64,000 bases of DNA, from positions 64,001 to 128,000 of IMG/VR virus record IMGVR_UViG_3300023174_000058; one strand, written 5' to 3'. Below the pieces are notes generated by a model. It was not told the DNA's origin and did no database searches. It saw only the letters and a program-made list of their open reading frames with translations. The DNA is from a virus. Numbering within the stretch: the stretch's first letter is position 1; each line of letters starts with the position of its first letter. Shown here piece by piece: positions 1 to 7,486 of this stretch. Position numbers and translations under genes: made by a program.

Positions 1-55
1 ATCGCCTGCTTTGCAAGCAGGAACCAGCAGGGGGCGGTACCCTGAAGCTCCACCA
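1..55 (+). tRNA. tRNA-Ala(TGC), 5' part cut off by the window edge
   Basis: Anticodon arm CCTGC-TTTGCAA-GCAGG, T-arm CAGGG-GGCGGTA-CCCTG, and 3' acceptor strand AAGCTCC-A-CCA with U70 (Ala identity element). Confidence 0.88.
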
Positions 56-189
56 ACTAACTAGTGTATACTACCATATTTGCACCAAAGTTTTTAGTAT
101 CCACCAAATTGCACGTTGCAAACGTGTCGTGACAATGAAAAGCCGACGCAACGATATGGCGTCCCCGTAAAGAGGTAAGCGGGATTTTT

Positions 190-279
190 AGAGGGTTGTG
201 TGAGCGGTTGAAACAGCCAGACTTGAAATCTGGTATACCTTTACGGGTATCGGGGGTTCAAATCCCTCACCCTCTGCCA
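190..279 (+). tRNA. tRNA-Ser(TGA)
   Basis: Acceptor stem AGAGGGT/ACCCTCT, anticodon arm CCAGA-CTTGAAA-TCTGG, long variable arm, TTCAAAT T-loop, encoded CCA. Confidence 0.96.
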
Positions 280-288
280 ATTTTAAAG

Positions 289-339
289 TTTAAAAACCGT
301 TAATAGCTATGGTAAAGTAGTTGTTAACGGTACTTTTTT
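289..339 (+). terminator. Hairpin after tRNA-Ser: probable intrinsic terminator overlapping an extended -10 promoter
   Basis: 14-bp stem (296-309 with 318-331, three G:U-type pairs) followed by a T-run. TGG-TAAAGT lies at the loop. Confidence 0.6.
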
Positions 340-366
340 GCGTCTGGAACAGACGAAGGAGCAAAA

Positions 367-612
367 ATGAGTGAACTTTGGAAGAACGAAAGATACTTTT
401 CTACATTTGAAGAAGCAGATGCACTAAGAAAATCATTACTCGGTGGGCCAAACGGCGCACTGCTACAAGTAAAAATCAAACGTTGTGGACTTGGCGGCTC
501 GCAGTATGTTGTAAAATCACGCCAAACCCCAGAGCTAAAGGCTGCTGTTGAACAAGTTGAGCAACAATTAGCTGCTACGAAAGAAAAAAAAGAGAAGAAA
601 GCTAAGAAATAG
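367..612 (+). CDS. Hypothetical protein
   Basis: 81-aa ORF with an AAGGAG RBS. Confidence 0.8.
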   Translation: MSELWKNERYFSTFEEADALRKSLLGGPNGALLQVKIKRCGLGGSQYVVKSRQTPELKAAVEQVEQQLAATKEKKEKKAKK

Positions 613-621
613 AGGCATAAA

Positions 622-1224
622 ATGTATAGGCTTTCGGCTCAAATCGAAAATAAACCAATTAAGCTTGATGATGACAGTGAATCATCCTCTGTTGAGAGCA
701 GCGGAAGCAGAATTTTCTTTTATAGTGATGTAACAAAAGATTCTATTCTTGCTTTAAATAAAGAAATCCGCGCAGTCTCTAATAGTTTACAAAACATTTC
801 TCAAGTTTATGAGATTCCAGCCCCACCACTAAGATTGCATATCAATAGTTATGGTGGCTCATTGCTTGATTGCTTTTCAACAGTAGACTATATTCGTAAT
901 AGCAAGACGCCAATTCATACAATCATTGAAGGTAGCGCAGCTAGCGCAGCAACAATTATCAGTGTGGTTGGTCATCGTAGATACATTCACAAGCACTCTT
1001 ACATGTTGATACACCAATTATCAACTGGCCTGTGGGGTAAATACGAAGAACTTGTTGATGATTTTAAAAATTCAACTGCTTTTATGGAACAAATACAAAG
1101 CATTTACAAATCGCACACTAAGATTCCGCCAAAAACTTTAAAAGAAATTTTAAAACGTGATCTTTGGTTCGACTCAGCAACCTGTCTCAAGTATGGCCTT
1201 GTAGACGAAATTATAGGAGAATAA
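622..1224 (+). CDS. clpP: ClpP-like protease proteolytic subunit
   Basis: LHINSYGGS motif, SAASAA (catalytic Ser), MLIHQ (His), RDLWF (Asp), GLVDEI C-terminus. Confidence 0.9.
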   Translation: MYRLSAQIENKPIKLDDDSESSSVESSGSRIFFYSDVTKDSILALNKEIRAVSNSLQNISQVYEIPAPPLRLHINSYGGSLLDCFSTVDYIRNSKTPIHTIIEGSAASAATIISVVGHRRYIHKHSYMLIHQLSTGLWGKYEELVDDFKNSTAFMEQIQSIYKSHTKIPPKTLKEILKRDLWFDSATCLKYGLVDEIIGE

Positions 1225-1225
1225 A

Positions 1226-1459
1226 ATGAAAACTGTATTTGCTGCACTAATCGCACTATCACTAACCGCCTGTGGAAAGAAAGTAGAAAGCGTACCGGGA
1301 CCAGTAAATCCACAAATTACTGACGCTGTAACTCAAACCCCAACCCCAGTTGTCGCCGCTGATGCCGGTGTTGTTGCCCCAACTACTGCTGTTGTGCAAG
1401 ACCCAGCCCCAAAACCAGTAGAAGTACCAGCCGTACAAAGCGTTCCAGAAACTAAGTAA
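1226..1459 (+). CDS. Small lipoprotein with a Pro/Val/Thr-rich disordered tail
   Basis: Signal peptide MKTVFAALIALS followed by lipobox LTAC. Confidence 0.8.
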   Translation: MKTVFAALIALSLTACGKKVESVPGPVNPQITDAVTQTPTPVVAADAGVVAPTTAVVQDPAPKPVEVPAVQSVPETK

Positions 1460-1461
1460 AA

Positions 1462-1656
1462 ATGATCCCCTGTGAAGTTTGCGGTGAAGAATTTCCATCT
1501 GCAATAAAAGTAATCACCGACGATGAAATTTTTATTTGTTGCTCCGATTGCAAAAAGCAGATTGATGATTTTAACACCGCAAACTCCATAGGTAATTCTT
1601 TAAAAGATATTATTGATAAAGTATTTGAGAAGAAAAATAAAGATGAGTTGCAATGA
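1462..1656 (+). CDS. Small Zn-finger protein (CxxC...CCxxC, TRASH-like)
   Basis: CEVC and CCSDC motifs. Confidence 0.65.
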   Translation: MIPCEVCGEEFPSAIKVITDDEIFICCSDCKKQIDDFNTANSIGNSLKDIIDKVFEKKNKDELQ

Positions 1657-1723
1657 TGTAGGAATTATGTTATTCTTGGCTTGTTCGGTTCTATTTATTC
1701 TTTTGCGACAAAAAGACGACTAA
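1643..1723 (+). CDS. Possible 26-aa membrane peptide (not in ORF track)
   Basis: MSCNDVGIMLFLACSVLFILLRQKDD. Fills the gap, and its TAA overlaps the next ATG (TAATG). Confidence 0.4.
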   Translation: MSCNDVGIMLFLACSVLFILLRQKDD

Positions 1724-1992
1724 TGAGCAAAGAAAAAGCGTTAGGCCTAATTAAAATTATTGAAATAAAAGATAACGATAACGGAACTTGTACCATCAAT
1801 TATGAAATACCCGAAGATTTAAAAACATTTTTTAAAAAATATTTTGGTTGGAAACGCTGGTCGTCAAAGAAGTTTAACGAGTTTTTCTTGGAGGCTTTGA
1901 CGAATTATGCAAAAACTTTGGAAAGAAAATCTGGGGTTATTTCTTCTAGCGACCAACATGGCTCTGATGTGTGTACTAATAAATCTCTTTAG
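1723..1992 (+). CDS. Hypothetical protein
   Basis: ATG at 1723 preferred over TTG at 1681 because of TAATG coupling. Confidence 0.7.
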   Translation: MSKEKALGLIKIIEIKDNDNGTCTINYEIPEDLKTFFKKYFGWKRWSSKKFNEFFLEALTNYAKTLERKSGVISSSDQHGSDVCTNKSL

Positions 1993-2146
1993 CCAAGTAC
2001 TTGATAATTCTAATAGAACAACGACGATAGAAGAAGCACCACCACAAGCATTTTATAAGTGTGGACGTAGTAACAAGCACGATGTATACTGCCCAATCCC
2101 AACAAGGAGAACGCATGGCGCTGAGACACTACATTCTTCACGATAA
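1907..2146 (+). CDS. Hypothetical membrane-anchored protein
   Basis: N-terminal hydrophobic helix and GGAGG upstream. Overlaps both neighbouring ORFs. Confidence 0.5.
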   Translation: MQKLWKENLGLFLLATNMALMCVLINLFSQVLDNSNRTTTIEEAPPQAFYKCGRSNKHDVYCPIPTRRTHGAETLHSSR

Positions 2147-2339
2147 AAAAAATAAGCTTGTTGTTTATGAAGAAATGATTGATGGTAAAAGTTACATTTT
2201 TATTCAACAAGGTAGAGACTTAACACAGATTCCTGTTCGTCAATGGCGTAAAATCGCCTCTGCATGGCAAGAAAATGGTTGGAGTGAAAAGTGGGATATG
2301 TTAGAAGATTGTATCCCACCGCTAGAAACAGAAGTTTAA
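2115..2339 (+). CDS. Hypothetical protein
   Basis: AAGGAG RBS before ATG at 2115 (MALRHYILHD...). Confidence 0.75.
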   Translation: MALRHYILHDKKNKLVVYEEMIDGKSYIFIQQGRDLTQIPVRQWRKIASAWQENGWSEKWDMLEDCIPPLETEV

Positions 2340-2346
2340 TATTATT

Positions 2347-2422
2347 GGCCCCTTCGTCTATTGGCTGAGGACAGAAGCCTTTCAAGCTTCAGAGACGGGA
2401 TCGATACCCGTAGGGGTCACCA
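2347..2422 (+). tRNA. tRNA-Glu(TTC)
   Basis: Acceptor stem GGCCCCT/AGGGGTC, anticodon arm GAAGC-CTTTCAA-GCTTC, T-arm ACGGG-ATCGATA-CCCGT, encoded CCA. Confidence 0.93.
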
Positions 2423-2429
2423 ATTAATA

Positions 2430-2461
2430 AAAACCCTCCTATTTATTTTAGGAGGGTTTTT
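2430..2461 (+). terminator. Terminator hairpin after tRNA-Glu containing the CTATTTAT motif; its 3' arm doubles as the RBS
   Basis: Perfect stem AAAACCCTCCTA/TAGGAGGGTTTT. AGGAGG lies in the 3' arm upstream of ATG 2464. Confidence 0.7.
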
Positions 2462-2463
2462 AT

Positions 2464-2649
2464 ATGCCTAAGAAAAGCCAAAATAATAGTAAAAAAATGT
2501 TTGATGCCGGTGTAATATTATTTGCTGCTGTAGTTGCTGGTTGTCTTTGCTATCTATTTTGGGACGCAGCCAGAACACACGAAATGGTTTGTACTGTTAA
2601 GATAGTGGATCAAATTACTGGACTTGTTAAATTAGATTGTGCGAGATGA
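2464..2649 (+). CDS. Small single-TM hypothetical protein
   Basis: Hydrophobic segment VILFAAVVAGCLCYLFW and an AGGAGG RBS. Confidence 0.7.
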   Translation: MPKKSQNNSKKMFDAGVILFAAVVAGCLCYLFWDAARTHEMVCTVKIVDQITGLVKLDCAR

Positions 2650-2831
2650 TTATGAAACTCCCAAATCCACACGGAACCGAAATTCATCAAGAGTTTACAA
2701 AACATAATGAATTTTTTGATGCTTATTATTGTGAGAAGTGTGATTTTTGGTTAGAAGATAAATGTTCAGATACACGTTGTAATTATTGCCCACAGAGGCC
2801 AGAAAAGCCTTCAAAAGCTTTTTATAATTAG
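2646..2831 (+). CDS. Small Cys-rich hypothetical protein
   Basis: CxxC...CxxxxCxxC pattern and ATGA coupling. Confidence 0.7.
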   Translation: MIMKLPNPHGTEIHQEFTKHNEFFDAYYCEKCDFWLEDKCSDTRCNYCPQRPEKPSKAFYN

Positions 2832-2851
2832 ATATAATGAAGATAGTTTAT

Positions 2852-2926
2852 TGAGGCGTCGGCAAGCGGCAAGCCAGAAAGCTGTTAACTTTCCCATCGT
2901 AGGTTCGAATCCTACCGCCTCAGCCA
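2852..2926 (+). tRNA. tRNA-Asn(GTT)
   Basis: Acceptor stem TGAGGCG/CGCCTCA, anticodon arm GAAAG-CTGTTAA-CTTTC, GGTTCGAATCC, encoded CCA. Confidence 0.96.
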
Positions 2927-2936
2927 ATACAAGATA

Positions 2937-2989
2937 CTTGACCACCGGTTTTAGGAGTGCTACTATGCTCCTATAGCTTGGTGGTCAAG
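2937..2989 (+). promoter_or_regulatory. Sigma70-type promoter embedded in a long inverted repeat
   Basis: TTGACC (2938-2943), 17-nt spacer, TACTAT (2961-2966). Stems CTTGACCACC/GGTGGTCAAG and TAGGAG/CTCCTA. Confidence 0.75.
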
Positions 2990-3013
2990 CTATTTTTAGC
3001 CTAGGAGGGCTGC

Positions 3014-3202
3014 ATGAGCGAAAAACTTAACTATGATGACATGAAGTTTCTTTATGAAACAGCCTACCAAGCCGCTATGAATAGTTTATTTCGTGATAAC
3101 CTTGACAAACACGGTTGGAAGTATGATGAATTTATGGAAGCCTATGGTTCTGAAGAGGAAGTTATTGACTTCGTGATTGATCCTAATGCAACCATCCACT
3201 AA
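3014..3202 (+). CDS. Small acidic hypothetical protein
   Basis: AGGAGG RBS. Confidence 0.75.
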   Translation: MSEKLNYDDMKFLYETAYQAAMNSLFRDNLDKHGWKYDEFMEAYGSEEEVIDFVIDPNATIH

Positions 3203-3410
3203 ATATGATGTAGGTGATATCATTTATCACTCTGGTCTTGGTATGTATTCGCTTATCGCGGATATTTTTATAAACAAATGGGACAAACAAAATGTTTGTT
3301 ATCGTTTTATAGACTTAACTTATCCTGAAGTGCGCGATCTTCTTAACGGCCAAGATTGGGATTTCGCAGAAAATATAGATAAGTCCAAACAAATAACAAA
3401 GGTGGCATAA
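3186..3410 (+). CDS. Small SH3/KOW-like protein, paralog 1
   Basis: KYDVGDIIYH start. Clear similarity to the next ORF. Confidence 0.7.
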   Translation: MQPSTKYDVGDIIYHSGLGMYSLIADIFINKWDKQNVCYRFIDLTYPEVRDLLNGQDWDFAENIDKSKQITKVA

Positions 3411-3619
3411 TGTACCATCTAGCCAAATATGATGTAGGCGACATCCTTTACCACCGCGCTCTTGAGTTTTATGCGCTAATAACAGAAATTTCTGTTGCTA
3501 AATGGGATGAAAAAACTTATTTTTATAAATTTATGTACTTAAACGATGATGGATATCGAGGCGAAGACAACCGCGTAGATCAAGTAGATCGATCTGCTTA
3601 CTGGATAAAGGTGGCATAA
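3410..3619 (+). CDS. Small SH3/KOW-like protein, paralog 2
   Basis: KYDVGDILYH...KWD...KVA, with TAATG coupling on both sides. Confidence 0.75.
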   Translation: MYHLAKYDVGDILYHRALEFYALITEISVAKWDEKTYFYKFMYLNDDGYRGEDNRVDQVDRSAYWIKVA

Positions 3620-4164
3620 TGGAAATCCCTCCCAACGCAAATATTATTGATAAGTACAAGTATGATCGACTCACAAAGTGGACTACGGAACTAATTAAGA
3701 AAGACCTACAGCAAAATAGCTTTCCTATTGCTGTGCTTATGGAAAATTTTGCTGGTGATTTTAATATTGGAACGGTGATTCGGAATTCAAATGCTTTTAA
3801 TGCCAAACAGGTTTATTACCTAGGAAACCGGCATTATGATCGAAGAGGTACTGTTGGTACTCATCATTATACAGATATTAGTCATTTACGATCTGTTGAA
3901 GAACTCCTAAAACTAAAGGAGAGCTACACCTTTGTTGGTCTTGAGAATAGTGTTGATGGCGCTATCTCTATGGATAAGTTTGAATGGCCTAGTAATCCTC
4001 TACTTATCATTGGTGAAGAGGGCGTCGGAATCACACCAGAAACGCTTTCCCTTTGTGACCGCTGCGTTTATATTCCTCAATACGGTAGCGTCCGAAGCCT
4101 TAATGCTGGCGTGGCTAGCGGGATTGCTCTAAACGATTTTGTCACCAAACACCAGAGGTCATAA
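3619..4164 (+). CDS. SpoU/TrmH-family SPOUT RNA 2'-O-methyltransferase
   Basis: Motif 1 NIGTVIRN, motif 2 IIGEEGVGI, motif 3 IPQYGSVRSLNAGVA. Confidence 0.92.
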   Translation: MEIPPNANIIDKYKYDRLTKWTTELIKKDLQQNSFPIAVLMENFAGDFNIGTVIRNSNAFNAKQVYYLGNRHYDRRGTVGTHHYTDISHLRSVEELLKLKESYTFVGLENSVDGAISMDKFEWPSNPLLIIGEEGVGITPETLSLCDRCVYIPQYGSVRSLNAGVASGIALNDFVTKHQRS

Positions 4165-5438
4165 TGATTTCCCCACTTGACGATAGATACTTTGAAAAAG
4201 TCCGTGAACTACATGAGTACTTTAGTGAAGATGCGATGCTTAAATTAAAAGCTCGCGTTGAAATTGATTATTTTATTGCTCTTTGTGAAGAATTAAAGCT
4301 ACCTTTTACAGAAGATGAGCGCATGTATATTGCGCAAATTTACGATACCATCGAAGCATACGAAATACGTTTGCTTGAAGAACAAACAAACCATGATATC
4401 AAGGCAGTTGAATATTACTTACGCCGTCGTTTCCAAGAATGGAAGATCCCGCACGACCATTTGCTGCACTTTGGCTTGACTAGCCAAGACATTAATAGTG
4501 TTGCTACAAGCATTATAATTGATCGCTTTAACCAAAGCGAAATGTCGTTCTATATGAGCGAAATGATTAACGCAATTTACACGTTTGCAGATAAAAACGA
4601 ATGTGTATTTCCAGCGCGCACGCATGGACAACTTGCTGTTCCAACTCTTTTTGACAAAGAGATGCTTGTTTACTTAACAAGAGTAGAAGAAGTGTGGTCA
4701 CAGATTATAGATCACCCATTCAAAGCTAAATTTGGTGGTGCTGTTGGTAATTTAAGTGCGCACTATCTTGCATATCCAGATCATAATTGGATAAACTTTT
4801 CAAATTTATTTCTAAAAAAATATGATATAGATAGAGAGCTTTCTACAACTCAAGTATCAAATAATATTTCTATCTGTAAATATTTTGACCAAATTCGCAT
4901 GATTAATAATATTTTAATTAATCTTTGCCAAGACATCTGGATGTACAATTCTTATGGCTATTTTAAACAATCTGTGACCGAAAAAGAGGTCGGTTCTTCT
5001 ACGATGCCACAAAAAATTAACCCAATTGCATTTGAAAACGCAGAGGGAAATCTTCAACTTTCTAACTGTCTTCTGGATTTCATGTCAAATAAATTAATTA
5101 TTTCTCGTATGCAGCGCGATCTAAGTGATTCAACCGTACTTCGCAATGTAGGTGTTGCTTTTGGACACGCAGTGGTGGCCTATAAATCGATTATGGCGGG
5201 CCTTAGCAAACTTTCCATCAATATACCCATAGTTAAACGTGACCTCGCTAGCAGCGGCCTATTGGCCGAGGCTTATCAAATCCTGCTAAAGAAAGAAAAT
5301 GTTAAAGATGGTTACGAACTAATTAAAAACATGGAGCGCAATGGTCAAGGAATAAATGACCTGAACATCTCAGAAACACTTAAAGAAAAATTAAAAAGTG
5401 TTACAATTGATGATTATGTAGCCCACATAAGGGATTAA
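4164..5438 (+). CDS. purB: Adenylosuccinate lyase
   Basis: ISPLDDRY, TNHDIKAVEY, HFGLTSQD, ARTHGQ, fumarate-lyase signature GSSTMPQKINP, SRMQRDLSDSTVLRN. Confidence 0.96.
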   Translation: MISPLDDRYFEKVRELHEYFSEDAMLKLKARVEIDYFIALCEELKLPFTEDERMYIAQIYDTIEAYEIRLLEEQTNHDIKAVEYYLRRRFQEWKIPHDHLLHFGLTSQDINSVATSIIIDRFNQSEMSFYMSEMINAIYTFADKNECVFPARTHGQLAVPTLFDKEMLVYLTRVEEVWSQIIDHPFKAKFGGAVGNLSAHYLAYPDHNWINFSNLFLKKYDIDRELSTTQVSNNISICKYFDQIRMINNILINLCQDIWMYNSYGYFKQSVTEKEVGSSTMPQKINPIAFENAEGNLQLSNCLLDFMSNKLIISRMQRDLSDSTVLRNVGVAFGHAVVAYKSIMAGLSKLSINIPIVKRDLASSGLLAEAYQILLKKENVKDGYELIKNMERNGQGINDLNISETLKEKLKSVTIDDYVAHIRD

Positions 5439-5443
5439 AACGG

Positions 5444-6757
5444 ATGTCAAAAAAAATCTATGTTCTTGATACAAACGTACTGCTAAGTGATTTTAATGCT
5501 CTTTACGCTTTTAAAAGCAACGATCTTGTAATCCCATTAAAAGTTATCGAAGAAATTGATAAACATAAAAAACGTCAAGATGGAGTTGGAGCAAACGCTC
5601 GCCAAGTTATTCGTGAATTAGACAAGCTACGAGAAAAAGGTAGTCTTGTCGAAGGTGTCAAATTAGGTGCTCGCAAAGGAACGTTAACTATTGAAGATTG
5701 CGCCACAAATACTCCATTTCCTGAAGAATTGCCACTAAAAGACCCAGATAATTTAATTCTTGCTACAGTACACAAAGTACGGTGTAACAATTCCGGCGTT
5801 GATGTTATTCTAGTATCGCAAGATATCAATATGCGAGTCAAAGCCGATTCGCTTGGCTTTCCAGCAGAAGACTACACAACCAATCAAATAGTTGAAAAAG
5901 CTGAAGAAATCTACACTGGTTTTTCTCAATATTTAGTAGATGATGCATTAATCGATCGCTTTTACAGCGGCGAAAAAATAATGCTTGAAGAAAAAAATAT
6001 TAAATTATTTCCAAATCAATTTGTAATGCTTGTTTCAAACGCTAATGATAAAAAAACTGCGCTAGCAAGATTTAAAAATTATAATCACCCAATTTCTAAA
6101 GTTATTGAATACAAAGATGGTATTTGGGGCGTTAGAGCAAAAAATAAGGAGCAACAATTTGCTCTTGATATGTTAATGAACGATGACATAAAGATTGTTT
6201 CTCTTGTTGGTAAAGCTGGATGCGGTAAAACTCTTATCGCTCTAGCCGCTGGACTTCAACAAATAATGGAAACAAGAGCATATAAAAAATTGATTGTATC
6301 TCGTCCGGTACAGCCAATGGGACGTGATATTGGATTTCTTCCCGGCACATTAGAAGAAAAAATGTTACCTTGGATTGCTCCAATTCAAGACAATTTAGAG
6401 TTTCTAATGGGCGATGACAAGGAAAACTTAAAGCTTTTGCAAGAACAAGGTACAATAGAAATTGAAGCTTTAACATTCATTCGCGGTCGTTCAATTGCAA
6501 ACGCTTTTATTATTATTGATGAAGCACAAAATCTTTCAATGCACGAATTAAAAACTATCATTACTCGCGTTGGAGAAGGTACAAAAGTTGTATTAACTGG
6601 TGACGTAGAACAAATCGATAGCGCCTTTCTTGATGCCACGAACAACGGTTTGACTTATGCTGTTGAAAAGTTTAAACCATACGAGTTATCTGGTCACGTA
6701 ACTTTACAAAAAGGTGAGCGTTCTGCCGTCGCGACACTTGCTTCTCAGGTTCTATAA
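5444..6757 (+). CDS. phoH: PIN-domain PhoH-family ATPase (PhoH2/YlaK-like)
   Basis: N-terminal PIN (YVLDTNVL...EEID...DNLIL...QD), Walker A GKAGCGKT, IGFLPG, IRGRS, DEAQN, GDVEQID. Confidence 0.93.
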   Translation: MSKKIYVLDTNVLLSDFNALYAFKSNDLVIPLKVIEEIDKHKKRQDGVGANARQVIRELDKLREKGSLVEGVKLGARKGTLTIEDCATNTPFPEELPLKDPDNLILATVHKVRCNNSGVDVILVSQDINMRVKADSLGFPAEDYTTNQIVEKAEEIYTGFSQYLVDDALIDRFYSGEKIMLEEKNIKLFPNQFVMLVSNANDKKTALARFKNYNHPISKVIEYKDGIWGVRAKNKEQQFALDMLMNDDIKIVSLVGKAGCGKTLIALAAGLQQIMETRAYKKLIVSRPVQPMGRDIGFLPGTLEEKMLPWIAPIQDNLEFLMGDDKENLKLLQEQGTIEIEALTFIRGRSIANAFIIIDEAQNLSMHELKTIITRVGEGTKVVLTGDVEQIDSAFLDATNNGLTYAVEKFKPYELSGHVTLQKGERSAVATLASQVL

Positions 6758-7434
6758 TGATCAAATATATAGTTGAATCAGCAACATACGCTAAAAATAA
6801 TAAAAAACAATATGTTTTGTATGATCAAGTTTATGTATTTGTACAAAATCCATTACCAAGCGAAGTATCTGTTGATAACGTCTTAAAAAAAGTTAAAGAA
6901 TTTATTCCCAAACACACAATACGTGATTTAGAAACAATTTATGTAGGAGATTTTAAGCCATTAAATGATCGTCAAGTTGATTCAATGTACGTTGATGGAT
7001 CAATAATGGTTAGTAATAAACATGAAAGCGATAAAGCTTTTTTTAACACGTTGATACACGAAATTGCTCACGCTACTGAGGATTGCAATAAAGAAAAAAT
7101 CTATGGCGATGGCGATCTCGCAAGAGAATTTTTAGCTAAAAGAACAGTTCTTTATAATTTATTAAAAGACGATTATAAATTAAATAAAAATGATTTCTTA
7201 AACATTGAGTTTAATAAGTCGTTTGATGATTTTGCTCATAAAACAATAGGATATGATAATTTAGGTATTATAACATCGGGCATGTTCATGTCCCCTTATG
7301 GCTGCACATCTTTGCGAGAATACTTTGCTAATTGCTTTGAACACTATTTTATTGACGGACCACAAGCTGTAGCAAAAATTGCACCAATTGCATATAAAAA
7401 AATAAAATTAGTCTTATCAAAAAAACAATTTTAA
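6757..7434 (+). CDS. Zincin-like metallopeptidase-domain protein
   Basis: HEIAH (HExxH) plus a downstream EYFA motif. Confidence 0.7.
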   Translation: MIKYIVESATYAKNNKKQYVLYDQVYVFVQNPLPSEVSVDNVLKKVKEFIPKHTIRDLETIYVGDFKPLNDRQVDSMYVDGSIMVSNKHESDKAFFNTLIHEIAHATEDCNKEKIYGDGDLAREFLAKRTVLYNLLKDDYKLNKNDFLNIEFNKSFDDFAHKTIGYDNLGIITSGMFMSPYGCTSLREYFANCFEHYFIDGPQAVAKIAPIAYKKIKLVLSKKQF

Positions 7435-7458
7435 AGTCTTTTTATTGTTTTACTTGTG

Positions 7459-7467
7459 TGGTATACT
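7459..7467 (+). promoter_or_regulatory. Extended -10 promoter
   Basis: TG-G-TATACT in the intergenic gap, upstream of the AAGGAG RBS. Confidence 0.6.
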
Positions 7468-7486
7468 GCTCTGAAAGGAGTAAGTT

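Noticed and set aside
80-108. Extra CACCAA motifs as additional tRNA 3' ends
   Set aside because: No T-arm or cloverleaf upstream of them; at most remnants.
1-185. Permuted (two-piece) tmRNA suggested by GGGGCGGTACCC...CTCCACCA
   Set aside because: A proper TGC anticodon arm precedes the T-arm, and no GGGG-starting coding piece or tag ORF follows.
115-185. c-di-GMP-I (GEMM) riboswitch or HDV-like theta ribozyme
   Set aside because: GCAAAC...GAAA...GACGCAA echoes GEMM but the P2 stem does not pair. No HDV nested pseudoknot could be built, and the segment does not abut a tRNA 3' end.
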